Below are positions 48,963 to 56,444 of a stretch of DNA of 56,444 bases, in pieces. A program made the position numbers and the translations under genes. The first letter of the stretch is position 1. The number at the start of each line of letters is the position of its first letter. The notes beneath the pieces are model-generated. The model did no database searches and was not told the origin of the DNA. It worked only from the letters and a program-made list of their open reading frames with translations. Source of the stretch: a virus (lineage: Duplodnaviria; Caudoviricetes); IMG/VR virus record IMGVR_UViG_3300037585_004733, positions 1 to 56,444 of that record. The stretch is one strand, 5' to 3'.

Positions 48963-50519
48963 ATGGCAGATATTTTCAATCTGGGAACCCCGAGTAATGC
49001 CACTGCTGATACAGTTTCGACGAACGGAGTCACATCCGGTGCGAGATTCGGAACTGGACTAGATACCGGAGCACTTCGTAGAAAGTTTAATTTCGGTGAT
49101 CGAGTATCAGAGTTAGCATTATCTCAGGATCCCTTTTTTCGATTCGTAAGTAAGGTAGGCAAAAAGCCTACAGACGATCCAAGCTTCAAATATACTGAAA
49201 AGCGTGGATCATGGATGAAACGTTATGCATATGTATGTAATCATGGTACATCGGCTCCAGCTAATACAGCTGGCACTGAAGCTTCTGTAACACATGGTAA
49301 TGTTGATGCAGGTGATATTTATTATTTCACAATGATTACTGATTATAATTCTAAGGGTAACCTTCAGAATGTATATGGTCAGTCTTCTAATGAAATCTCA
49401 CCTGGAGACGCTGATACACAACCTGCATTCTTTCTTCCTGGACAATTAGTGAAGATTCCTTATATGACTGGCGTAACAGCTGGCTCATGGGATGATGCTT
49501 CAGCTTCTGCAGCTTCAACTGCAGATGATTATCTAGTTGTTAAAGTTATGACAGTTGATACTGATGCAGTGTCAAATGCAGCTAACTTAAAGTGTAAAGT
49601 CGTTCGTAAAGGTAGTGGAACAAGTGTATTTGAACTTGCTTCATATTCTGATTTCAACTCACCTCTAACTGGTCTAGATGTTTCTGGAAAATCAATTTCT
49701 GAATATCTAGAACCTAAAAGATGCTATGTAGTTGGTTCAGCTTTTGCTGAAGGATCTGGTTATCCTGAAACATGGAAAGACCAACCCTATTCAACCGGAC
49801 AAGGTCAAACCCAAATCTGGAAGACAGCAATGGCAATGACTAACACTGCACGTGCAACTTCACTTAAATATGAATCCAATGAATGGTCTCGTATTTGGCG
49901 TGAAAAACTAGTTGAACACAAATGGGATATTGAGCATTCAATACTATTTGGTTCACAGTACACTGATGGTGATGGTATTCAATATACTCAAGGTGGAATT
50001 GATTTCGTAGCAACATACGGAAATTCATTCAGCTTAGATATTAATACTAAAACTGCAGACGACTTTTTAGATGACATGTCTAATTATATGGATCCTCGTT
50101 ATAACTCTTCCGGTGGTACAGTATTTTTCTGTTCTACTGCAGTGTATAACTGGTTGCATAAATTAGGCGGCTATTTCAAGAACAATCTTGAAGTATCATC
50201 TAATTATCGTGCTGACATGGCTATTACTGGCAAGAAAAAAATCATGGGAGTTGACATTACTGTTATCTCTACACCTTATGGTGACATGAATGTAGCTCGA
50301 GATATTCACCTTGATGGTACGAATGTTAAGCTATTTGCTTGTAATATGAACTATGCTAAATATCGCCCACTCGTGGGTAACGGTCTCAACAGAGATACAT
50401 CTGTTTACGTTGGAGTTCAAACGTTAGAAAACAGTGGTATCGACCGCCGAGTTGATTTAATCTTAACAGAAGCTGGAATGGAATGGTCAATGCCCGAATG
50501 CCATGCCATCTGGTCTTAA
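48963..50519 (+). CDS. Major capsid protein (HK97 fold, DUF5309/SU10-like)
   Basis: VGSAFAEGS, TQIWKTAMAMTNTARAT, EHKWDIEHSILFG, TPYGDMNV, ILTEAGME. Confidence 0.9.
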   Translation: MADIFNLGTPSNATADTVSTNGVTSGARFGTGLDTGALRRKFNFGDRVSELALSQDPFFRFVSKVGKKPTDDPSFKYTEKRGSWMKRYAYVCNHGTSAPANTAGTEASVTHGNVDAGDIYYFTMITDYNSKGNLQNVYGQSSNEISPGDADTQPAFFLPGQLVKIPYMTGVTAGSWDDASASAASTADDYLVVKVMTVDTDAVSNAANLKCKVVRKGSGTSVFELASYSDFNSPLTGLDVSGKSISEYLEPKRCYVVGSAFAEGSGYPETWKDQPYSTGQGQTQIWKTAMAMTNTARATSLKYESNEWSRIWREKLVEHKWDIEHSILFGSQYTDGDGIQYTQGGIDFVATYGNSFSLDINTKTADDFLDDMSNYMDPRYNSSGGTVFFCSTAVYNWLHKLGGYFKNNLEVSSNYRADMAITGKKKIMGVDITVISTPYGDMNVARDIHLDGTNVKLFACNMNYAKYRPLVGNGLNRDTSVYVGVQTLENSGIDRRVDLILTEAGMEWSMPECHAIWS

Positions 50520-50531
50520 GGAGGTCTGAAT

Positions 50532-51035
50532 ATGGCAAATCCAATGTATGGACAAAATAAAGCAGATGATGGTCTTGATATGGCTAGTAATGCTAACTTA
50601 GGTGGTTTAGATGTAATTGTAGGCGGTGATGATGAAGCATTTACTTTAAGTAAAGCTGATTGTTGCAAGACCTATGTTAACGGGAATGCTGGTGGCATGG
50701 ATATTAGTCTTCCCTCAATAAGTGCAGCAGATGCTGGGTTATGGATAAAAATTCAAACAGGAGTTACAGTAACTGCTTCTGATTTGATTTCTGTTACTGC
50801 CCAATCTGGAGATCTTCTTGAAGGTCATGTAATAATGACTAAAGCTACTGATGCAGTAGCTAACGCAGTTTACTTTGCAGCAGATGAATCTAATGACCTT
50901 ATTTTTTCAATGAATGGTGGCACTACCGGTGGTTTAATAGGTAGTTGGGCTAAATTCACTGTTAATAAGAATGGTTATTGGTCTGTTGAAGGTGAACTAA
51001 ATGGTAGCTCTACATTAGCTACTCCATTTTCTTAA
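50532..51035 (+). CDS. Capsid decoration/auxiliary protein
   Basis: Immediately after MCP with a strong RBS; beta-rich. Confidence 0.6.
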   Translation: MANPMYGQNKADDGLDMASNANLGGLDVIVGGDDEAFTLSKADCCKTYVNGNAGGMDISLPSISAADAGLWIKIQTGVTVTASDLISVTAQSGDLLEGHVIMTKATDAVANAVYFAADESNDLIFSMNGGTTGGLIGSWAKFTVNKNGYWSVEGELNGSSTLATPFS

Positions 51036-51046
51036 GGAGGTAACTG

Positions 51047-51511
51047 ATGGCTAATGTAAAACTAGGCAGTCAAGCTTCTTGGAACAATGATTATGCTGAG
51101 TCAATAACCACTACTAAGCAATTAGCACGTGGTGATTCTGGCAAAATATTCTTTGTTGATCAAGGGTCTGGTGCTTATGTTATCAGCCTACCTGAACTAT
51201 CTAGCAATATTGCTGGATGGAATGCTGAGTTTATTTTAAGAACTGCAGGTGATGCAGTTGAAGTAAACTGCTATGGCGTTCCTCAAGGTGGTATAGCTGT
51301 AGCTGATCCAGTTGATACTGATAGCGATAAGATGTATGCTGTAGAAATAGGGCATACAGAAGCTGTCGCTTCTGCAACAGATGGAATAGCATTTGGTGCA
51401 AGTGCGACAAGTATTGGCGCAAGAATCAAAGTTACTACAGATGGTACATCTTGGTATGCTATGGGATTTGGTGGCGTTGCTGCTGATATCGTAGACTTAG
51501 ATACTGACTGA
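51047..51511 (+). CDS. Capsid decoration/auxiliary protein (paralog-like)
   Basis: DSGKIFFV...ISLP...DGTSWY, similar to the previous gene. Confidence 0.6.
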   Translation: MANVKLGSQASWNNDYAESITTTKQLARGDSGKIFFVDQGSGAYVISLPELSSNIAGWNAEFILRTAGDAVEVNCYGVPQGGIAVADPVDTDSDKMYAVEIGHTEAVASATDGIAFGASATSIGARIKVTTDGTSWYAMGFGGVAADIVDLDTD

Positions 51512-51532
51512 TAACTAGTTAAAACAAAATGA

Positions 51533-51597
51533 ATCTGCCCCCTCTCACCTGAGGACTTTTCTCTCCCCAGGGAGGGGGTGGGTTTTATCAAGGAGTT
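51533..51597 (+). terminator. Long hairpin / intrinsic terminator after the head genes
   Basis: ATCTGCCCCCTCTC pairs with GGAGGGGGTGGGT, followed by a T-tract. Confidence 0.7.
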
Positions 51598-51599
51598 GA

Positions 51600-52397
51600 A
51601 TGAGCGAAACAGTAAGAAAAGCGAAACATGGTCAACCTATCTTTACCCAAGCGGCATATCTTTTTGGTTATAATTCTAGTAGTTTTATAAATAATCAAAA
51701 TCTTATTAGTGCATGGGTTATGGATGGAGTTTGCGATATCTCTCGTAAATTGTATTCTATCAATCCAAGAGATGCCGAGCAATTCACTCGTGTTCGTAAA
51801 TTTACTTCTAACCCAATTAGCATTGATGGTATTATGATTACTAATGTTATAAGAGATACTGGGAATACATATTATAATGAGGCTAAGAGTGTAACTAATG
51901 ATTATCGTATTGCAAAGCGTATACATCCTGGAGTAGCAGCTAGATTACAGGATCCAACTAGTTTACATTTCCGGTCTAAATATAATCCGGTATATTATTT
52001 TGAAGGACAAATAGAGGAAGAGCAAACTGGGAATAGGAATGAATTAATTCTTCAGGTATTACCGACTCCATCAGAAGCATCAGATGTAAAGATAACTTAT
52101 ATACCTTATACTCGAAGGGGCTCAAGTGATGGCTTTACATGGAACAAACTAAATCCAACACAGCATGCATTTATAGAATATTTCCCTGATGAAATGATAT
52201 ATATGGTGGCTAAATATATTGCCATTAGAATGCTAGAAGCTAAAATACAAGAATTAACATTGGTAGAAGAAGATATTGAATTGGCTACAGAATTAAGAAA
52301 GTCACATCTTATCTTGAAGCAAGAATATGAAGCCTATTTTCCTAAGCCTCAAAAACAAGAGCAAGAGGAAGAACAACCTCAAAGGAGAGCTAGATGA
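51600..52397 (+). CDS. Head-tail adaptor / tail ring protein
   Basis: PVYYF...LQVLPTP...FPDEMIYMVAKYIA; position after the head genes. Confidence 0.6.
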   Translation: MSETVRKAKHGQPIFTQAAYLFGYNSSSFINNQNLISAWVMDGVCDISRKLYSINPRDAEQFTRVRKFTSNPISIDGIMITNVIRDTGNTYYNEAKSVTNDYRIAKRIHPGVAARLQDPTSLHFRSKYNPVYYFEGQIEEEQTGNRNELILQVLPTPSEASDVKITYIPYTRRGSSDGFTWNKLNPTQHAFIEYFPDEMIYMVAKYIAIRMLEAKIQELTLVEEDIELATELRKSHLILKQEYEAYFPKPQKQEQEEEQPQRRAR

Positions 52398-52699
52398 AGG
52401 TATCTGAATTAATGGAAAGGGTTGGGAGTGAAGAAACCGGTAGAGTTACTGCTTATTTAAAAGATGCATTAGAAGAGATGAATATGACTTCTCCTGAGCA
52501 TGTAACTAGTGTTGGTATTAATATAGTGGCAGATCAACGTTATTATGATCTTCCTGCAGATTATGTAAAGATATTAGATATTAGAATCAAGAACCATGCA
52601 AATAGTAGCGATGAATATAGAAGTATCCCACGCATGATTGGTGAGCCACCTGTAGAGGATGCTCCGGATTCTCATTATGGTTTTGGAGAGCTAGAGTAA
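52394..52699 (+). CDS. Tail ring/adaptor protein (N-terminal-like module)
   Basis: YLKDALEEM...DQRYYDLPADYVKI. Confidence 0.55.
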   Translation: MKVSELMERVGSEETGRVTAYLKDALEEMNMTSPEHVTSVGINIVADQRYYDLPADYVKILDIRIKNHANSSDEYRSIPRMIGEPPVEDAPDSHYGFGELE

Positions 52700-53451
52700 T
52701 GGCAGCATCAAAAGAATATGCTTATTTTATTAAAGGCAATAAATTATCTTTAGTTGAAAAAGATTTTAGCGGAACCGGTAGTGGGCTAAACTATACATAT
52801 AGTGCTGCTGATGGCATTGAACTTCCTTCTGGAGGAGGTACATGGAAAAGTCCATTAACTTCTGTTACTAATGGGATACAGATTGAATATACTCATGGTG
52901 GAGGTTATGAATTTACTTATAATTCATTTGTAGGATATGCAGCATATGTAAGCCTTACAGATACTAATGGTACCATTGCTGAATCAACTATAATTGGCAG
53001 TTCAACAAAAGGATTATATGCAATTGCAGCAGAGGGAATAAGTATAAATTGGGGGACATATTTAAGCATTGGAGATTACATTGTGGTAAGAGGGGATTCT
53101 GATTTATCAGGATTGCATAGAATCCATAGCTTTGAGAATTATGGGGGGACCAATAGAGCGATAGTTTTAGATACCAGATATCCATCATCAGGTGCTAATC
53201 AGCGACAAGGATCTTTAAGAGTATACTATGATGTAAAGCCATTATTAGATGAAGATTCAGAAATACAAATTCCTCGGTATAAAGCAGTAGCAATAAGCTA
53301 TTATATTAAAGCTAGACTATTAGAAGATATGGGGAAATTAAAAGAGTCAGAGTATTTTATGGCTAAATTTTTTAAACATTTAGAAAGACATGATGACGCA
53401 AAGGTATGGAGCTTAAGACAAGTTATGCCGGGTGGTCACGCAATTAGATAA
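52699..53451 (+). CDS. Tail ring/adaptor protein (C-terminal-like module)
   Basis: EIQIPRYKAVAISYYIKARL. Confidence 0.55.
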   Translation: MAASKEYAYFIKGNKLSLVEKDFSGTGSGLNYTYSAADGIELPSGGGTWKSPLTSVTNGIQIEYTHGGGYEFTYNSFVGYAAYVSLTDTNGTIAESTIIGSSTKGLYAIAAEGISINWGTYLSIGDYIVVRGDSDLSGLHRIHSFENYGGTNRAIVLDTRYPSSGANQRQGSLRVYYDVKPLLDEDSEIQIPRYKAVAISYYIKARLLEDMGKLKESEYFMAKFFKHLERHDDAKVWSLRQVMPGGHAIR

Positions 53452-53461
53452 CAATAAACGA

Positions 53462-53499
53462 GCCCATTCACGGACGGTCAGTCCTTAGGGCAGGAGGTA
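53462..53499 (+). promoter_or_regulatory. Structured leader abutting the RBS
   Basis: GCCC..GGAC-GGTCA-GTCC..GGGC followed by AGGAGGT. Confidence 0.5.
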
Positions 53500-53502
53500 A
53501 AT

Positions 53503-53853
53503 ATGGCAAACTTACATAAATTTACAGTGCAAGAATCATTGAATGCATCAACAGGTAATGCTGGCGGATGGACAGTTAATACATTGCAAACAGTTGAAGG
53601 CAGCGATGATACATTAAATGAACTTCAGTTAAATGATGCTACTACTATAGTGGTACTACAAGCTACTGTAGAAACTCAAATAAGATTTACAACAACTTCA
53701 AATGATTCTGAACAGTTAACTACTGGAGATATTAGTATTCCTGCTAGTTCAATTGTTACCATGAATGTTCCAAGGAATTTAGGGACAGGGATATATTTAC
53801 AATTCGAGTCTGCATCTACCACTCATGGTAATTTAAAGATTGTAGAGGTATAA
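53503..53853 (+). CDS. Small tail-associated structural protein
   Basis: Beta-rich; strong RBS; precedes the fibre gene. Confidence 0.6.
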   Translation: MANLHKFTVQESLNASTGNAGGWTVNTLQTVEGSDDTLNELQLNDATTIVVLQATVETQIRFTTTSNDSEQLTTGDISIPASSIVTMNVPRNLGTGIYLQFESASTTHGNLKIVEV

Positions 53854-53854
53854 T

Positions 53855-55933
53855 ATGCTGAATGGAATGATAAACTCAGTATCTCCAATAAATGTTTCTG
53901 GTGGAAGTTCTGCTGAAATATATTCAGATAAAACTAGAGATAATTATGGAATAGGTGAAAATCTAGTATTTAATGCTCATTCTACTGACAATATAGCTAT
54001 TGGTAAAGATGCTTTAAATAGTACTGGTAATGCTGCTCTCTATAATATTGCTATTGGCAGTGATGCTTTAACTGCAAATGCTACAGGCGATGGTAATGTA
54101 GGTATAGGTTTTAATGCTGGAAAGGCTCTTACAGTAGGTGGCTGTAATACATTAATGGGTTATAATGTTATGGATGCAGCTACTACTGCAACAAACAATA
54201 CTGCTATAGGTTATGCAGCTATGGGCACTGTGCCTGCTGCCCAAGCAGTTACTAAATGTGTAGCTATAGGTGGATATGCCTTAGTGGGTACAGCTGCTAC
54301 TACTACTGGTATAGACAATACAATAGCAATAGGGTATGAAGCTCTTAGTGGACTTACAACTGGTGCTGGCAATACTGCTATTGGACATCAAGCCTTAAAA
54401 ACTCATACAACTGGTAGTAATAATACAGTTATGGGTTATCAAGCTATGGATGATACAGATGACGATGCTAATACTTTATCTTCTTCAGATTGTACATTTA
54501 TAGGAAAAGGAGCAGGCGGTGGAGCTTGGGATAATGGTCCTTGTAGTAGGAATACCTCTCTTGGTTCTGGAAGTATGGCAGGAAACTTAGATAGTGCTGT
54601 TGATAATACTGCTATAGGTTCTACTGCACTATCAGCACTTACAAGTGGGATAAATAATACTGCTGTTGGTAGTGTATCAGGAGGCGGAATTACCTCTGGT
54701 AGCTATAATACAGCTATGGGAAAAGGAGCTTTAGCTTCAGCCTGTGCTGATGCCAATGTAGCTCTTGGATATGCATCTGCAATAGCTACTACAGGAGCTA
54801 ATAATGTTTCAATAGGATATGCATCTATGCTTACAGCTACAGCTGTAGACAGGTGTATATCAATAGGGTATGAAGCATTGGAACTTGCAAATACTAATAC
54901 TTCTGATGGTACTGTTGCTATAGGTTATAAAGCAGGCGAAAGTTATAATCCTGCTGCTGATGCTGTTGGTGGAACTACTCTTGTAGGATATAATTGCGGC
55001 AATGATGATGGTAATGCTGCACATGGATTAACAACAGGAATAAAAAATACTGCTGTAGGGTATGAAGCTTTAGGTGCTAATGCTAATGGTGCACTAACAG
55101 GTAGTGGCAATACTGTAATGGGATATAGAGCCGGGTATGGACTACATACTGGTGCATCATATAATACTCTTATAGGTACTGAAGCTGGAGATGCTATTAC
55201 AGTAGCTACTTATTGTGTAGCAGTTGGAAATCAAGCAGGTGGAAATCAAACTACAGGTTCTCAAAATGTTTATGTCGGTCATAATACTGGTCTTGGTGTT
55301 GATGGTGCAGGGGCTCATAATACTTTTATTGGTGATAATGCTGATGGAGTTAACACTCATTATCAATGTGCTATAGGCAAGGGAGCAGAAACTCAAAATA
55401 AATATGAAGTTCGTATTGGGGCTTTTGGTGGATTCCAATTTTTTTCAGGAGAATTTGAGGCTACTGTTACTGATGCTACTGAATTTAATGTTGCGGATAC
55501 AAATTATATGTTTAAAATACCTGCATTTGCTTATATAAAATCTATTAGTGCTACTTGTTTAAATTTGCATGGAGATAGTACAGCTGATTTTATGATAGTA
55601 AGGTCTGTAGATCCATCGGCTGGTGATGAAGATTTATTAAGTGAAGGAACTTCGGGTTGGATAGAACTACTTGGGGCTGGAGCAGATGGAACTATAAATA
55701 CAGGTAATTTAAGTAGTGGTGGAGCTCATGATTTAGAGGCTGGAAGTACATCAGGTAACTTGAAGCAAGTTTGGTATAATGAAAAGGTATCAAATCTAAA
55801 TACTGCTAATCATGCAACAGAATTAGCTGATAGTTATATTTGGCTTCTTAATGCAGGGACAGGCAATGCAGATAACAACCATACCACAAAAGCTAAATGG
55901 AGAGTATGCGTAGAGTTTATAGGGCAAGATTAA
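53855..55933 (+). CDS. Tail fibre/adhesin with YadA-head-like NTAIGxxAL repeats
   Basis: Many 14-residue-like N(T/I)A(I/V)G repeats followed by a distinct C-terminal domain. Confidence 0.8.
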   Translation: MLNGMINSVSPINVSGGSSAEIYSDKTRDNYGIGENLVFNAHSTDNIAIGKDALNSTGNAALYNIAIGSDALTANATGDGNVGIGFNAGKALTVGGCNTLMGYNVMDAATTATNNTAIGYAAMGTVPAAQAVTKCVAIGGYALVGTAATTTGIDNTIAIGYEALSGLTTGAGNTAIGHQALKTHTTGSNNTVMGYQAMDDTDDDANTLSSSDCTFIGKGAGGGAWDNGPCSRNTSLGSGSMAGNLDSAVDNTAIGSTALSALTSGINNTAVGSVSGGGITSGSYNTAMGKGALASACADANVALGYASAIATTGANNVSIGYASMLTATAVDRCISIGYEALELANTNTSDGTVAIGYKAGESYNPAADAVGGTTLVGYNCGNDDGNAAHGLTTGIKNTAVGYEALGANANGALTGSGNTVMGYRAGYGLHTGASYNTLIGTEAGDAITVATYCVAVGNQAGGNQTTGSQNVYVGHNTGLGVDGAGAHNTFIGDNADGVNTHYQCAIGKGAETQNKYEVRIGAFGGFQFFSGEFEATVTDATEFNVADTNYMFKIPAFAYIKSISATCLNLHGDSTADFMIVRSVDPSAGDEDLLSEGTSGWIELLGAGADGTINTGNLSSGGAHDLEAGSTSGNLKQVWYNEKVSNLNTANHATELADSYIWLLNAGTGNADNNHTTKAKWRVCVEFIGQD

Positions 55934-55961
55934 TAAAACTTAAATAAAAAGGAAATTAACA

Positions 55962-56279
55962 GTGAAATATAAAGACTGGAGTGCATTAAAGGCTGCTGGT
56001 AAAGTATCTTTTAAAAAGATAGCAGCGGTAGCAGAAGTAGAAGTAGTACATAACTCAGATGGAAGTATCAAGACACATGGCGTTTCATCTCAAAAAGCAT
56101 ATACTGTACTTGAAAAGAAATCTTACAATCCAGATACAGGGGAAGAATCAACTGTTGAAGAGAAATTAAGCCTGTCTGATTTGGAAAGTAAAGAATCACA
56201 ACTTACAGCTGAACTAGCAAAAGTACAAGCCGAACTTACGGAAGTTGGCAAAATGATAACTGAAATCAAAAAGGTATAA
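55962..56279 (+). CDS. Hypothetical protein with C-terminal coiled coil (possible fibre chaperone)
   Basis: Follows the fibre gene. Confidence 0.55.
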   Translation: MKYKDWSALKAAGKVSFKKIAAVAEVEVVHNSDGSIKTHGVSSQKAYTVLEKKSYNPDTGEESTVEEKLSLSDLESKESQLTAELAKVQAELTEVGKMITEIKKV

Positions 56280-56281
56280 TA

Positions 56282-56444
56282 ATGAAAACTAAAAAGGTAA
56301 CATCTAAAGAAGTAACCGATTCTAAAGTATCTGAAAATGGAACAATAGATAAACCAACTCCTGAAGAAGAGTTAGAATCTATTAAGTTGCAATATCAAGA
56401 TTCAATAGAAAAGCAGCAACAATACGCTGCTATTGCTCAAAGAT
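56282..56444 (+). CDS. Small coiled-coil hypothetical protein spanning the circular junction (continues to TGA at 168-170, about 73 aa)
   Basis: Manual translation MKTKKVTSKEVTDSK...AQRCLGAIEILERLIGTEDTSE*, open across the join. Confidence 0.75.
   Translation, partial: MKTKKVTSKEVTDSKVSENGTIDKPTPEEELESIKLQYQDSIEKQQQYAAIAQR
56334..56444. repeat. Terminal direct repeat, right copy
   Basis: Identical to 1-111. Confidence 0.97.

Noticed and set aside
53855-55400. CRISPR-like or DNA-level tandem repeats
   Set aside because: The repeats are degenerate, protein-level NTAIG motifs of a fibre; there are no identical DNA repeats with spacers.
1-56444. Genome-wide stop-codon reassignment, as in some crAss-like phages
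   Set aside because: Long ORFs are intact under code 11, and TAA, TAG and TGA all end well-tiled genes; only one local TGA case was found.

Overview
This window is one complete, circularly assembled, AT-rich dsDNA tailed phage genome of about 56,333 bp; bases 1-111 repeat exactly at 56334-56444. It has a podovirus-like layout in two arms. The + strand arm (about 37.9 kb, wrapping round to 24.8 kb) carries packaging, head, tail, lysis and ejected-protein genes. The - strand arm (about 37.8 to 24.8 kb) carries early and replication genes: AEP primase-helicase, SSB, ERF recombinase and Holliday-junction resolvase. I recognise no DNA polymerase or integrase. Highlights: (1) a candidate phage-encoded ubiquitin-like conjugation cassette (ParB-like, Ubl ending GG-C, Zn ribbon, E2-like, JAB/JAMM protease, E1/ThiF) directly upstream of the replication genes; (2) a crAss-like two-barrel virion RNA polymerase (RSP...GDYDID); (3) three giant ejected proteins whose only cysteines sit at the gene junctions, suggesting a head-to-tail disulfide chain; (4) a tiny, perfectly tiled ORF with an in-frame UGA followed by a SECIS-like hairpin, a candidate phage selenoprotein; (5) a roughly 400-nt highly structured non-coding region and several smaller RNA folds around an atypical tRNA-Met(CAU). 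All assignments come from reading motifs by eye; no database searches or folding programs were run.
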